DNA of 38,339 bases, from assembly GCA_043732185.1 (NCBI GenBank), contig JAYTHY010000034.1, positions 1-38,339 on the forward strand, given 5' to 3'. The position numbers and the translations under genes are program-made. Positions 1 through 11,600 of this stretch are shown piece by piece (position 1 is the first letter of the stretch; every line of letters begins with the position of its first letter). The stretch comes from Fibrobacteria bacterium. Its GTDB lineage: Bacteria; Fibrobacterota; Fibrobacteria; UBA11236. The notes below the pieces were generated by a model. That model made no database searches. It was not told the origin of the DNA and saw nothing but the letters and a program-made list of their open reading frames with translations.

Positions 1-7
1 TTTAAGT

Positions 8-31
8 TAGTATTTAAATACTATTTATATT
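8..31. promoter_or_regulatory. Putative operator, copy 1 (TAGTATTTAAATACTATTTATATT), probably serving a minus-strand gene left of the window
   Basis: Perfect 16-bp palindrome TAGTATTTAAATACTA at 8-23. The 24-mer is identical to 25842-25865, which lies just upstream of the virB2 RBS. Confidence 0.65.
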
Positions 32-452
32 CGAATTGGACCACTCCGGGTTGAAGATTTTTGAATTAATGTTGTGAAAAATATTTCCTCCCGGGTTTAT
101 TAAAGAAAACAAAACAAAGTAGGATTTCGGATGAGAATTTCGGCTAAACCACCAAACGGCTTATCTTTAGTAGTGAGACATCGCGTAGATTAGAAGGATA
201 TCAGACCCGAAATCACCTTGCCAGTCCGTTAACATCGAAACAGGGTACCCGTTTAGCCAAAAAGCACAGAATTCCTCACCTCGAAATTAACCGTTGGCTC
301 TAGACTAGGTTTTTAGCCTACCATTTGACCTACTATCGAGGACAAAAAATCCTTTAGGAAACGCGCCCTTGTCTCATCGGTTTTGGATTCCCTGTGTCAG
401 GGCTCCAGGTTTGGATTCAGTACCTCTATTCATAGCTAATGCCAATCGCACT

Positions 453-490
453 ACTTAACAACCACCGACTTTAGTCGGTGGTTGTTAAGT
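453..490. repeat. Perfect 18-bp inverted repeat (hairpin) resembling REP or IS200/IS605 ends
   Basis: ACTTAACAACCACCGACT (453-470), TT, AGTCGGTGGTTGTTAAGT (473-490) are exact reverse complements. The sequence is intergenic and has no U-tract. Confidence 0.8.
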
Positions 491-649
491 GCCAAACTCG
501 AAGGGATGCCGGGCGAAAGAGGCGATTAAAAGCCTCCAAATGGAAAAATGAGTTGTTCGCTTGCGCCCTAGCCTCGTCATTATGTATCTTAGCACCAGGA
601 CTCTCACCCGCACAATACATGGCCTGCGTCCGGAAAGCAGCCCACCATC

Positions 650-1294
650 TTGAAGCGTACCCTATTCGTACTTCACACTAAAATAACCAAAGATTTTTCC
701 CAGGGTGAATTCGAAGCGAAGCTTGCCGAAATTCCCGAGTCGATGCAGGCAGCATGCCTGAAATACAAATCCAACAAAGATAGGCAGGCCGGACTGGTTG
801 GAAAATTGCTTCTAATGGTAGGTTTGCGGCGTTTAGGCCTTGGCGAAACCGCATTGGCGGACCTCAGTTATAACCGATTTGGAAGACCTTACCTACCTGG
901 AAAAATCGATTTCAACATTTCCCACTCCGGAAATTGTGTTTTGATCGGTATCGGAACAGAGATGAAAATAGGCGTCGATGTGGAAAAAATCCGACCAGTG
1001 GAAATCCTGAACTTTGGAAATGCGATACCTGAAAAGCAATTGAGGCTTATCCTCTCCGCTTCCGATCCCCTGAATTCTTTCTTTGATTATTGGACAAAAG
1101 TGGAATGCGTCCTAAAAGCTGAAGGAGGAGGCTTTTCCATTCCTCCAAAATCCATCACTTTTCTGGGAGCAATGGGTTTTTGCGGTGATTCGGTATGGCA
1201 TCTAAAACCGCTCCAGCTTGGCACGGATCTCTGCGCCCATGTGGCTACGGACGCAAATAATTTTGGGATCGAAGGTGAATTCGTGCCGCTCTAG
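650..1294 (+). CDS. Sfp-type 4'-phosphopantetheinyl transferase
   Basis: Motifs FGRPYL, FNISHSG, IGVDVE and FFDYWTKVECVLKAEG (WxxxExxxK). TTG start; adjacent to a PKS. Confidence 0.92.
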   Translation: MKRTLFVLHTKITKDFSQGEFEAKLAEIPESMQAACLKYKSNKDRQAGLVGKLLLMVGLRRLGLGETALADLSYNRFGRPYLPGKIDFNISHSGNCVLIGIGTEMKIGVDVEKIRPVEILNFGNAIPEKQLRLILSASDPLNSFFDYWTKVECVLKAEGGGFSIPPKSITFLGAMGFCGDSVWHLKPLQLGTDLCAHVATDANNFGIEGEFVPL

Positions 1295-1355
1295 CCCAAG
1301 TCCACGTTCATATTTCGGAATAGATGGAATCCTTTTGGTTGATCATCAGATTCCC

Positions 1356-2585
1356 ATGTGTTATTTTTCGCAAGTGCCCGCACCGCAAAATTCTGCCACC
1401 AATATCCAGTCGAATGATTTCGACGTTGCCATCATTGGCGCCGGTCCAGCGGGACTCATGGCCGCGCTGACCTTGGCACAATCTCGCCAGGATTGTAAAG
1501 TGATTCTTTTAGATAAGAAGGATCCCTGGCGGGAACCGGTCGCATGTGGGGAAGGCGTCAGCAAAAGGGGACTGGGAATATTTTTCAATTCGATTCCGGA
1601 AACCTGGATCCGTGGTTCAGTCGATGGAGTACTTTTCGTATCGCCGGACGGTACGAAAGTCAGATTCAGCAAACCTGGAATCGGTCTGATAATCAATCGA
1701 GCCGCAATGCAAGACGAGCTGGCAAAGAAATGCGCCACGCTTGGAGTCGCCTGCGATTTCCGGGCTCGCGTACATTCCGTAGAGTCGAGTGGCCTTTCCG
1801 GTCACACAGTGCGCATGGAAGGGGCTACCCCAAGGGTATTTCGGGCAAGAATTGTAATCGACGCCAGTGGGCCGGGGAGCAGGTTTGGAAATGCACTTTC
1901 CAATCCCGATTCCGTCGATCTGGAGCCGTCCACCTTCGCCCTCGTTCGCGGTATACGATTCCCAAGCAATTACATCCAGCTTTTTTTCGGCCAATCCATC
2001 GCTCCCGGGGGGTACGGTTGGCTTTTTCCGCGCGACAGCGAGGTCGCCAATGTTGGAGTGGTTGTTGGGCGGACCTTGTTCAAGAACGTATCTTCACGGA
2101 AAACCTTGATAGACTTCATCAACCGGTTCTTCCCTGGTTCGCAAATCGACTTGATGCACGGAGGTGCCATCCCATGCTCTGGCTCTGATATCCCTCCCAT
2201 GGCAGTTGGCGGATTGTTCAAAGCCGGTGACGCGGCTTCAACGGTGCACCCCATCAGCAGGGCGGGAATCCTGGAAGCAATGAAAAGCGGTTCGTTGGCA
2301 GCAAAAGGGGCCCTCCAAGCACTTGTTGCCCAGACTGAAGCTGAGAGGGAAGAAATTTACCGAGCGTATCGCGAAGGGTGGCTTGCATGTTATGGACGTT
2401 CGCATATGAGAAATAGGAAAGCCAAGCCGGGGTTTTCCACCCTGCCGGATAAGCTCCTCAACCGCGCTGCGCATAGACTTGCGAAGTCATCGGACGAAGA
2501 TATGCCATTGTCCAGAATATTCCTGACTACCCTTTGGTCATCACCAGGCCTGCTCTGGAGGATGAAGAGCCTTTTCTCTGGTTAA
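1356..2585 (+). CDS. Geranylgeranyl reductase family FAD-dependent oxidoreductase
   Basis: DVAIIGAGPAG Rossmann motif, ACGEG, IDASG, PGGYGWLFP, NVGV and GDAA..HPISRAGI. The ORF track starts at 1218, overlapping the PPTase; ATG 1356 or GTG 1374 is more plausible. Confidence 0.85.
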   Translation: MCYFSQVPAPQNSATNIQSNDFDVAIIGAGPAGLMAALTLAQSRQDCKVILLDKKDPWREPVACGEGVSKRGLGIFFNSIPETWIRGSVDGVLFVSPDGTKVRFSKPGIGLIINRAAMQDELAKKCATLGVACDFRARVHSVESSGLSGHTVRMEGATPRVFRARIVIDASGPGSRFGNALSNPDSVDLEPSTFALVRGIRFPSNYIQLFFGQSIAPGGYGWLFPRDSEVANVGVVVGRTLFKNVSSRKTLIDFINRFFPGSQIDLMHGGAIPCSGSDIPPMAVGGLFKAGDAASTVHPISRAGILEAMKSGSLAAKGALQALVAQTEAEREEIYRAYREGWLACYGRSHMRNRKAKPGFSTLPDKLLNRAAHRLAKSSDEDMPLSRIFLTTLWSSPGLLWRMKSLFSG

Positions 2586-2592
2586 CTCCGTT

Positions 2593-3102
2593 TCAGGCTG
2601 GCGGTAGATTATACCGGGTTACCAGAGACCTGACTCTTGCCTCGTAATTCTTAAGGTCAAGACCGTCTGCATTCAGGCGCATCCTTCCTAAAAAATGCAT
2701 CAATTCGTTCGAGTGTGGGGTTGATTTCCCTGTGCTAAGAGAAATATATCTGAATTCCGTCCAGATCACCGACTTCAGGTTCCGTCCGTCCGTCCGCAAC
2801 ATAACCCCCTCCATCATCAGTGAGTTCTCCGAAAAATGGAGTAAACTGGTCCGGATGCGAACCTCTTCCCGAAATGCGACAGGCGCGAAATAGGAAATCT
2901 GATGCTGAGTAATAACCCAGTTGCATCGGGTTTCCTTGCCCATTTTATAAATATCAAAATCGTAATGCTGAACTAATTGGTCCTCGCGCGCATTTATGAA
3001 GTAGTCGATAAAGCGGGCATTATTCAAGTGTCCAAAAGGATCGCAATCCTGAAAACGGATAGTTACGATGCTTTCTGTTTCCTTGTCTGTATCATTTACC
3101 AT
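2593..3102 (-). CDS. Hot-dog fold acyl-CoA/acyl-ACP thioesterase (4HBT/YbgC/FadM family)
   Basis: IRFQDCDPFGHLNNARFIDYFINARE signature; 169 aa; AAGGA upstream of the start. Confidence 0.9.
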   Translation of the reverse strand: MVNDTDKETESIVTIRFQDCDPFGHLNNARFIDYFINAREDQLVQHYDFDIYKMGKETRCNWVITQHQISYFAPVAFREEVRIRTSLLHFSENSLMMEGVMLRTDGRNLKSVIWTEFRYISLSTGKSTPHSNELMHFLGRMRLNADGLDLKNYEARVRSLVTRYNLPPA

Positions 3103-3309
3103 TTGTTAACCATCCTTTTCAATTCTCATATCCAATCGCCTTGACTGCCATGCCGGACTATATTACCTGCTAAACAGGCCGCTAGCTAAATCCAAGTTGA
3201 ATGTCAATATCCAATGATCACCATTTTTAGTGGTGCTTGAAATCCCACGGATTTTATTAAATATACAATCTCACAGTCAATCCTTCAAAATTTTACAGCA
3301 GGAATAGTA
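3103..3309. promoter_or_regulatory. AT-rich divergent promoter region between the thioesterase and the AT-ER/PKS operon
   Basis: 207-bp AT-rich non-coding gap between divergent starts, with AGGA RBS before ATG 3310. Exact -10/-35 elements were not assigned. Confidence 0.5.
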
Positions 3310-5658
3310 ATGAAGATTCTGCTTTTCCCAGGACAAGGCAGCCAAAAAAAGGGGATGGGCGGGGCCCTATTCAATGATTATAAGTTCGTAACCGAAGAGG
3401 CTGACGCGATTCTGGGTTACTCAATCGCGCAACTCTGTCTGGTGGATCCCGACGGGCGCCTGAACCTGACCGAGTTTACGCAACCTGCGCTCTTTGTCAC
3501 CAACGCGCTTTCCTATTACCGTTACCTGGATAATGGCAATCCGGTTCCGGATTTGGCAGCGGGGCACAGCCTAGGCGAATACAATGCCTTGTTGGCGGCA
3601 GGCGTTCTAAGCTTTGGGTCTGCTTTGAAACTCGTCCAGGCGAGAGGGCGGATCATGGCGGAAGCTAAAGGTGGATCGATGGCCGCGGTGGTCGGAATAC
3701 CCGCAGGCGAAATTGAGGCTTCGCTCCTAAAAGCAGGTTTGACTGGAGTAGACATCGCAGCCTACAACGCTCCTTCCCAAATCGTCCTTTCGGGCCTGGA
3801 AGCGGACCTGCGGAAATGCCGCACCCTTTTCGAGACCGGATTCCCCAGGGCATTCCTGCCTCTCGCCGTTAGCGGAGCGTTCCATTCCAGGTATATGGAA
3901 TCGGCACGGACTCTTTTAACGCCCATCCTCGACGCCTGCGAATTCATGGCTCCCCGCTTTCCCATAGTATCAAACGTACTTGCCAAACCGCATTGGGTGG
4001 GTGAATCCCGCCGACTCCTGTTGGACCAATTGACCCATCCAGTTCGCTGGACGGAGAGTATGCAATACGCATTTTCCAAGGGAATCGAGAACGCCATCGA
4101 AATCGGTCCGGGCCGGGTCCTCTCGAATCTGTTCCAAAAGAGCAAAGCCTCATTTGATACGGCGTTGCGACCGATTCCCGTTTGTACCTCCGAACCAATG
4201 CAATCGGCCAATTTACAGGATGGGTTGTCACTGGATTCGACTGCGCTTGGGGATCAAGAGTTCAAACTTGATTACGGACTAAGGTTCGCTTATGTGGCCG
4301 GCCCGATGTACCGTGGAATCTCATCGGAAGAGATGGTGATAAGGCTCGGCCAAGCCGGACTGATGGGATATTTTGGCACAGCCGGCTTGGAGATGGACCG
4401 CGTTCACAAGGCTATTATGGCAATCCAAGCCGGACTCCGTCCGGGTATGGCCTTTGGGATGAATCTTCTATGCAATTTGGCGGAGCCATGGATTGAGGAA
4501 GAGACTGTGGAGGCCTTCCTATCGCATGGAATCCGGAACATTCAAGTTTCTGCCTATATGAGCATGACACCTTACCTGGTATTACTCCGCATTAAGGGGA
4601 TAACCAAGGATTCAAACGGCATGGTACGCACGAGGACGCGCATCCAGGCGAAACTGTCCCGGCCGGAAGTCGCCGCCGCCTTTCTGGCTCCGGCTCCTGC
4701 CTCGATGATCGCAGCCCTTGTCTCCAAGGGGAAGCTTTCCGTCGTAGAAGGCGAGTTGGCCATGGAAATTTCCATGGCGGACGACATCGTGGTGGAAGCT
4801 GATTCAGGCGGCCACACAGACAGACGCAACCCCCTGACGCTGTTCACCTCCATCAGAGAGTTGCGAGACGAAATGCAGCGGAAATACGGCTATCCTAAAA
4901 AAGTCAGGCTGGGGGCTGGCGGCGGCATTGGAACCCCGGAAGCGGCGGCCGCATCTTTCATCATGGGGGCCGATTTCATTTTAACCGGTTCCATCAATCA
5001 GTGTTCCGTAGAAGCGGGAACCAGCGATCTCGTAAAGGACATGCTTTCCGGAATGAATATCCATGATACGGAGTATGCTCCGGCCGGGGATCTTTTCGAA
5101 TTGGGATCCAAGGTCCAGGTTTTCCGCAAAGGGGTGCTATTTCCGGCCCGAGCGAACAAATTGTACGACATTTACCGAACCCACCAATCCCTTGAGTCGA
5201 TCGACGAACACACCCGAAACCAAATCGAGAATCGCTATTTCGGCCGCAGCTTTAAGAAGGTATATGAAGACATCCGGCAATATTACCTGGTAAAGCGACC
5301 GAAAGAAATCGAAAAAGCCGAAGCTAATCCGAAGCACAAAATGGCGTTGGTCTTCAAATGGTATTTCGCCCATTCCTCCCGAATCGCTATGGCTGGGGAC
5401 CCCGATCGGGTGGCCGACTTCCAAATCCATTGCGGTCCGGCACTGGGGGCCTTCAACCAGATGGTAAAGGGCTCTCCCCTGGAAAATTGGAAAAATCGGC
5501 ACGTTGACGGGATAGCGGAAAAGATCATGTTCGGTGCGGCTGAAATCCTTTCGCAGAGGTTTGCCACCTGGTGGCCCAAGGCGAGCGCAGTCAAGAATTC
5601 CAATGTTTTAAACAATGGTCCGGAATCGCGGAAACCACAGCCCGAGGCAATTTCATGA
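3310..5658 (+). CDS. Trans-acting malonyl-CoA:ACP acyltransferase fused to a PfaD/FabK-type enoyl reductase (PksE/BaeE-like AT-ER)
   Basis: AT: FPGQGSQ, TQPAL, GHSLGEY, GAFHS (malonyl type), PVRW, EIGPG. ER: YVAGPMYRGISS, AKLSRPEVA, VEADSGGHTD, GGGIGTP, TGSINQ, FPARANKLY, QIHCGPALGAFN. Confidence 0.95.
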   Translation: MKILLFPGQGSQKKGMGGALFNDYKFVTEEADAILGYSIAQLCLVDPDGRLNLTEFTQPALFVTNALSYYRYLDNGNPVPDLAAGHSLGEYNALLAAGVLSFGSALKLVQARGRIMAEAKGGSMAAVVGIPAGEIEASLLKAGLTGVDIAAYNAPSQIVLSGLEADLRKCRTLFETGFPRAFLPLAVSGAFHSRYMESARTLLTPILDACEFMAPRFPIVSNVLAKPHWVGESRRLLLDQLTHPVRWTESMQYAFSKGIENAIEIGPGRVLSNLFQKSKASFDTALRPIPVCTSEPMQSANLQDGLSLDSTALGDQEFKLDYGLRFAYVAGPMYRGISSEEMVIRLGQAGLMGYFGTAGLEMDRVHKAIMAIQAGLRPGMAFGMNLLCNLAEPWIEEETVEAFLSHGIRNIQVSAYMSMTPYLVLLRIKGITKDSNGMVRTRTRIQAKLSRPEVAAAFLAPAPASMIAALVSKGKLSVVEGELAMEISMADDIVVEADSGGHTDRRNPLTLFTSIRELRDEMQRKYGYPKKVRLGAGGGIGTPEAAAASFIMGADFILTGSINQCSVEAGTSDLVKDMLSGMNIHDTEYAPAGDLFELGSKVQVFRKGVLFPARANKLYDIYRTHQSLESIDEHTRNQIENRYFGRSFKKVYEDIRQYYLVKRPKEIEKAEANPKHKMALVFKWYFAHSSRIAMAGDPDRVADFQIHCGPALGAFNQMVKGSPLENWKNRHVDGIAEKIMFGAAEILSQRFATWWPKASAVKNSNVLNNGPESRKPQPEAIS

Positions 5659-8600
5659 AATCAGAATTCAATCTCCATATTTCGGAAACAGACTTCGATA
5701 CGGCCGGACATGTCGTGCAAAACTGTGTCCTGTATCCGGCAGTCGCCTATCTGGGGTTGGTGTGGAATTGTGAAAAGGATCTCCGCCGATCCTGGCGCGA
5801 AAAGGGAACGTGCCTGACTTGGTCGGAAGCCTATTGGTGGGCGCCCATGGAGCCTGGAGAAAGGGGAACGGGAATACGGATCGAAACGGAACGGATTGCG
5901 AATGGGACCGCATATCGCGTCTGGTCCGAAAAACCGAATGCTGCGGGTCCGTTGGCCACTGGAGTGATCGGCATATCCGAATTGGAGCCTAAGCGGTTTC
6001 CGTTCCTGGATATTGCATCGATTCGAAATAGCGCTGTATCCCGGCTGGATAAAGAGGAAATTTACTCCGCGTTTTCCCGGCACGGAATCCGGTATGCGGG
6101 ACGGTTCAAATGCATCGAGGAAATCCATTTCGGCGAAGGCGGTACGTTGGCCAGGTTGAAAACCAACAGAGGCGACGGCGGCTCTCCCTGGGACGTTTGC
6201 GCGCTGGATGGAGTCATGCAAACTTTCCTGATGACGCTCCTGGAACACCAAGGGGAAAGGGAAATGTACGTACCCTTCTCCCTCGGCACGTGGATTTTCC
6301 ACGGGCCCATGCCCGGCGATGCCTTCATCTATACGATCCGCTCTTCCACACACCCCCAGGATGGGGAATTCCGCTTCGACGCGATCATCACCGATACCGA
6401 CGGAAAAAGTGTAGCGACACTCGATGGCCTGTGCGTGCGAAGCCGCAGCGTCACCGATTCCGCACTGCCTGCAGGAGACGCGAAGCGGATATGCATCGCA
6501 TCCTCTTTCACTTCGGAGCCAGTCCGGGAACCACTGTCGTTCTGGATGGCAAAAATGAACGGCACGATTCCGGAAATCGTATTCGCCCCCTACAACCAGG
6601 TTTTCCAGACCCTACTCGATCCCTCCGGTCCCTTCGCCAACGGCAGCTCAGGACTCAACCAGGTTTTCATCCGGTCAGAGGATTTGCTGGGACCGGAGGG
6701 GCTCCGGGACACCGAGCTTATGGGAAAGGAAAAGGACGCCCTGCTCGACGGTAAGGAACGGCACACCCTTCCAAACGGCCTTGAGATCGCCCATTCCAAT
6801 CTTTATGAAACAAGGTATCTCTATGAAGAGATTTTCGTGGAAAAAACTTATCTGAAGCATGGAGTAAACCTAGGCGACGGGGACGTCGTCATCGACATCG
6901 GTGCCAATATCGGAATGTTTTCCCTGTTCGTTGCGCGGGAGTATCCAGGCTGCACCGTGTTCGCCTTCGAGCCTTCTCCCGCCACCTTCGAGCTTCTCTC
7001 GGCCAACGCACGGATTCATGCGCCCGGCGTTCGTCCCTGCCCGTGGGGGATTTCCGGTGAAGATGGGGATGCCGAGTTCACCTTTTACGAGCGCTCTTCG
7101 GTGTTTTCCGGTTTCCATTCCGACATTGCCAAAGATACCGAGGCGATTCGGAGTGTGGTGGAAAACGCTATCCGGTCGAGAACGGCTCTTTCCGAGGAAT
7201 CCATGACCGAGCATGTGGATCAACTCATGGAAGGACGGCTCGCAAGCAAATCCATCCGGTGTCCCATCAAAAAGCTATCCACGGTTTTCAGGGAACTGGG
7301 CATAACGCGAGTGGACCTGCTCAAGGTGGATGCGGAAAAGTCGGAATGGGGAGTGCTGGTGGGCATCGACCCCGCCGACTGGGACATGATCCGTCAGGTC
7401 GTCATCGAGGTGCACGGCGAGGATGCCGGACTGGCGGAAAAAGTGATTGGCTTTCTCTCGCAAAAAGGATTTGAGGTTATACACGGAGAAGAAGGAGCCT
7501 TGTCAGGAAGCGGCTTAAGCAATCTCTACGCACGTAGAAAATCGGAACTTTCCGCTGATCGGCCATCGATTCTGCGCGACAGAGTAAGCAGGAATCTCGC
7601 AGAGCTTGAATCAGCGCTCCACGTCTCTGCTGCGCGGGATAAAGCTCCCCTGTTCCTCTGCGTATGTCCTCCCTCTCCCGCCTTCCGTGATTCCGTCCAT
7701 GCGGAATTTATCGATCGGCTCGAGACCCGCTTGGTCGGGAGGCTGAATTCCTCAGGTACGATCCATGCCATCAAGGCTTCAGATTTCGCGGATCGGTATC
7801 CCTTCCGCAGCTACCACGACTCGCTTCGGGACGCGATGGGCCACATCCCGTATACCCCCAGGTTTTTCAGTATATTGGCCACGCTAGCCGCCAGAAGGGT
7901 TTATGGAGTTTCCGGCAGGGCCTTCAAAGCGATAGCTTTGGATTGCGACCAGACCCTTTGGAAAGGTATCTGCGGTGAGGAAGGGGCGAAAGGAGTGAAG
8001 ATCGAATCCGCCCAAGCACTCCTGCAACGGTTGATGGCAGATTTACAAGCGCAGGGTATTCTGCTATGCCTGCTGAGCAAAAATAATCCCGATGACGTAT
8101 TCCAGGTATTCGGACACAACGAGGATATGATCCTCAAGCTCGATCAATTCGCGGCCCACCGGATCGGATGGTCTCCGAAAGATGAGGGCATCCGCAGAAT
8201 GGCGGAGCAATTGAACATCGGCCTGGAAAGTTTCATATTCCTGGACGACAGCCCGCTGGAATGTGCCGCGATGAAAGCCAAATGTCCCGAAGTCCTTACC
8301 CTCCGACTGCCCGATAGGGATTCCGACATCCCCGGATTCCTTCGGAACGTCTGGCCCTTCGATTTATGGACCGTATCCGAGGAAGACCGGTCAAGAAACC
8401 GGAAGTACCGGGAGGAATCCATGCGAAACTCCCTGCGAGAAAGCACGACGAGCTTGCAAGAATTCTTGGACAGTCTGGAAGTCCAGGTCAGGTTCCAAAC
8501 CGCGGCGGATAGCCATATCGCCAGAATCTCGCAACTTACCGCCAAGACCAATCAATTCAATTTCACAACCCTCAGGCGCAATGCCTCGCAAATCGATGCT

Positions 8601-11600
8601 CTGCTGAAGGATCCGGCGTTCGGAGTCCGTATCGTGCACGTTACCGATAGGTTCGGGGACTACGGAATCGTGGGCCTAATCATCTGGCGGGAAGAGGGGA
8701 AACGCCTGATCGCGGACACGGTACTGCTGAGCTGCCGGTCGCTGGGCCGGGGAGTCGAGCATCGCATGATCGCGGAACTGGGACGCTTGGCGATGGAAAA
8801 AGGGATGGTTGAGTCCTTGCTTCCGTTCTCCTCTACGGCCAAAAACGAACCTGCCCGTGCGTTCCTTGCCTCCATCGGAAAGGGCGCAATCACCGGCTCC
8901 CCGGACGACCCGCCACTGGTTTTCCCATCGGCTTATCTAGCGTCTCTGACGTATTCACCCGAGGAAGCACCGGCCGCCGGGAAGAGTGCGGATCGCCATG
9001 GCCCGGATCAGGCCGGTTTGGCCGGATACTCCGCGTCCCTGCCCGCGCTAGGCACCTCATTCCATGAAGTTGTATTGGATTTGCGAGATCCGGATGTCAT
9101 GCTGCTCACCATGAATGCCGGCTTGCTTGACGCTTTTGGGGGGAATGCCAGCTCCGGGCATGCGGAACCGTCGGAGTTTTCGGACAATCCCGCCATTTGC
9201 TACCTCAACCGAATTTTTACGGAAATTCTTCGTCCACAACACCCCTTGCCGGCAGAGGGAGCCGGTTTCGATCGACTGGGCCTCGATTCCATGCGGATCA
9301 TTGAAGTGCTCGGAAGAATGGAAAATGACTTCGGCAAGCTTCCTAAAACCCTGCTTTTCGAATACCAGGACGTGCAATCCCTTGCCGGTTACCTTCTGGA
9401 AAAGTATCCGGATACCTTTAAGCGTTTAAGCCAGGATGACGCAAATGCGGCAGGTACGCCAAGGCTCAATATCGAGGCAATGGGCCCGGAGGAGTTGTCC
9501 GCATCCGGGGCGGCGGAGTTTGTCACTGGTAGGCAGGACATTGCCATTGTAGGCATGTCAGGCCGATATCCCCTGGCGCCTGATCTTGAAAGATTTTGGA
9601 AAAATCTTTTGGAGGGAAAGGATTGCGTACGCGGTCCGGGAGACCGCCGCGGCTTCCATCGGTTTCAGGATCCGCGGGAACCACTCCAACCGGTTGGGTA
9701 TACTGATCAGGGCGGATTCCTGGACGATGTGGAATATTTCGATCCCCTATTCTTTAACATCTCGCCCGCGGAGGCGGAGAGGCTGGATCCGCAGCAAAGG
9801 CTTTTTCTGGAAGAGGCTTGGCATACCCTGGAAGACGCCGGATATGTCTGGAGCGAAAGAGAATCAGATGTCGGTGTTTTCGTCGGAGTCATGACCAGCA
9901 CCTACGGCCTGGTGGGATTGGAAGCGTCCTTGCGCGGCAGCTCCTCCCTTCCCGATTACGATCATTACGAGATCCCAAACCGCGTTTCCTACTTCTTCAA
10001 CTTCAACGGACCCAGCATGGCCGTTGACACGGCTTGCTCCTCCTCCCTCACCGCCTTGCACCTGGCTTGCGAAAGCATTCGGCGTGGTGAATGCGGATCG
10101 GCCTTGGCCGGCGGGGTGAGCCTCATCTTGCATCCTAGCCGGTATGCCCAGTACTGCGCCAAGAACATGCTCTCTCGGGACGGCCGGTCCAAAGCTTTCG
10201 GCGCGGAAGCCAACGGCTTTGCCGACGGCGAAGGCGTCGGTTGCGTTTATCTCAAGTCCCTCCAAAAGGCCCTTGAAGACGGGGATCGAATTCACGGGGT
10301 CATCCGAGGCAGCGCTATCAATTCCGGCGGCAGGACCAGTGGATTTACCGTTCCCAATCCCAAAGCCCAGGAAAAAATGATCCGCCGAGCCATCGAGAAT
10401 GCGGGCCTGGACCCAAGGACCATCACATACCTTGAGGCTCACGGTACGGGGACGATTCTCGGCGATCCAATAGAAATAAAGGGATTGGCGAACGCGTTCT
10501 CTCACTTCACCGGGGAAAAGGGCTTCTGCGCAATGGGTTCCGTCAAATCCAATATCGGCCATTTGGAAGCCGCAGCGGGCATCGCCGGTTTGACCAAGGT
10601 GCTTTTGCAGATGCGCCATCGAACGCTCGCTCCTTCGCTCCATTGCGCGGTCCCCAACCCCGCCATTGAATTCGGAGAGACGCCTTTCCGCCTGCAACTG
10701 CAAGCGGAGGCTTGGTCACGGTCCCGGGCTTCGTCCATTGAATCATTTAAGGAAATCCCCCTGCGAGCTGGAATCAGTTCCTTCGGCGCCGGAGGCTCCA
10801 ATGCGCACGTGATCGTCGAAGAGCCGCCGTTCCCCAAGGCCGGGAAGAACACTCCCGCCGGAATCAGCCGCATATTCGTTTTGTCCGCCAAAACGGAAAG
10901 CGCCCTCAAACGCAAGCGGATAGATCTGGCAAACCACCTACGAAATGGGACTACCATCGATTTGGCCGACCTTTCCTTTACACTCAATTGCGCCAGGGCA
11001 CATTTCGATCGCCGCATTGCATTCATCGCCAAGGATGCCGAAGGATTGCTTATGGCTTTGGACGCAACGGATCAAGTCTCCGGACCGACCGTATACCGCA
11101 AAACGGATTCCGGAAATGCTCCCGTTAACGGATTTCCCACGGAACCATTGAACGATGAATCCAATCTGCGGAAGCTCGCGGAATTTTTCGTTTCCGGCGG
11201 AAACCCGGATTGGAGGTTTTTGTATAAAGACTCGGAAGGCCGAATAATTTCCCTGCCCCCTTATCCGTTCGAAATGATCCGATGCTGGATCAACGTCGCG
11301 TCTCCCGTACCAGACGCGGCCGCCGTAAGTGAATGGCCGGATAGAGTCGATATCGAAACCGGTACCACCCCGGCCCGCGAGGCACTGGTGGGCGCTCCGG
11401 AGGTGCATAGCGACGCACCGGACCCAGATAGGCAAATCGCGATAATCGGAATTGCCGGCGTTTTTCCCGGCGCAGCCGACGTACGCGAGTTCTGGGCTAA
11501 CCTGGCGGAGGGCCGCGACATGATCCGGGAGGTTCCGCCGGACCGCTGGAATTGGAAGGATTATCCGGACTCCGCTCCCAAGGAGGCCGACAAGACAGGT

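Noticed and set aside
8..31. The 24-bp repeat as a dif/Xer site or CRISPR repeat
   Set aside because: No match to the XerC/XerD arm consensus, only two copies 25.8 kb apart, and no cas genes.
379..418. Short near-direct repeat GGTTT(T)GGATTC, two copies
   Set aside because: Too short and too few copies to support a CRISPR, iteron or operator call.
478..681. 67-aa ORF upstream of the PPTase
   Set aside because: Starts inside the hairpin, overlaps the PPTase start, and has no RBS or recognisable motif.
1218..1355. ORF-track N-terminal extension of the reductase
   Set aside because: Overlaps the PPTase by 77 bp and lies well before the Rossmann motif; a later start is more plausible.
5571..5654. 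ORF-track GTG start of the PKS
   Set aside because: ATG 5655 gives a canonical ATGA overlap with the AT-ER stop.
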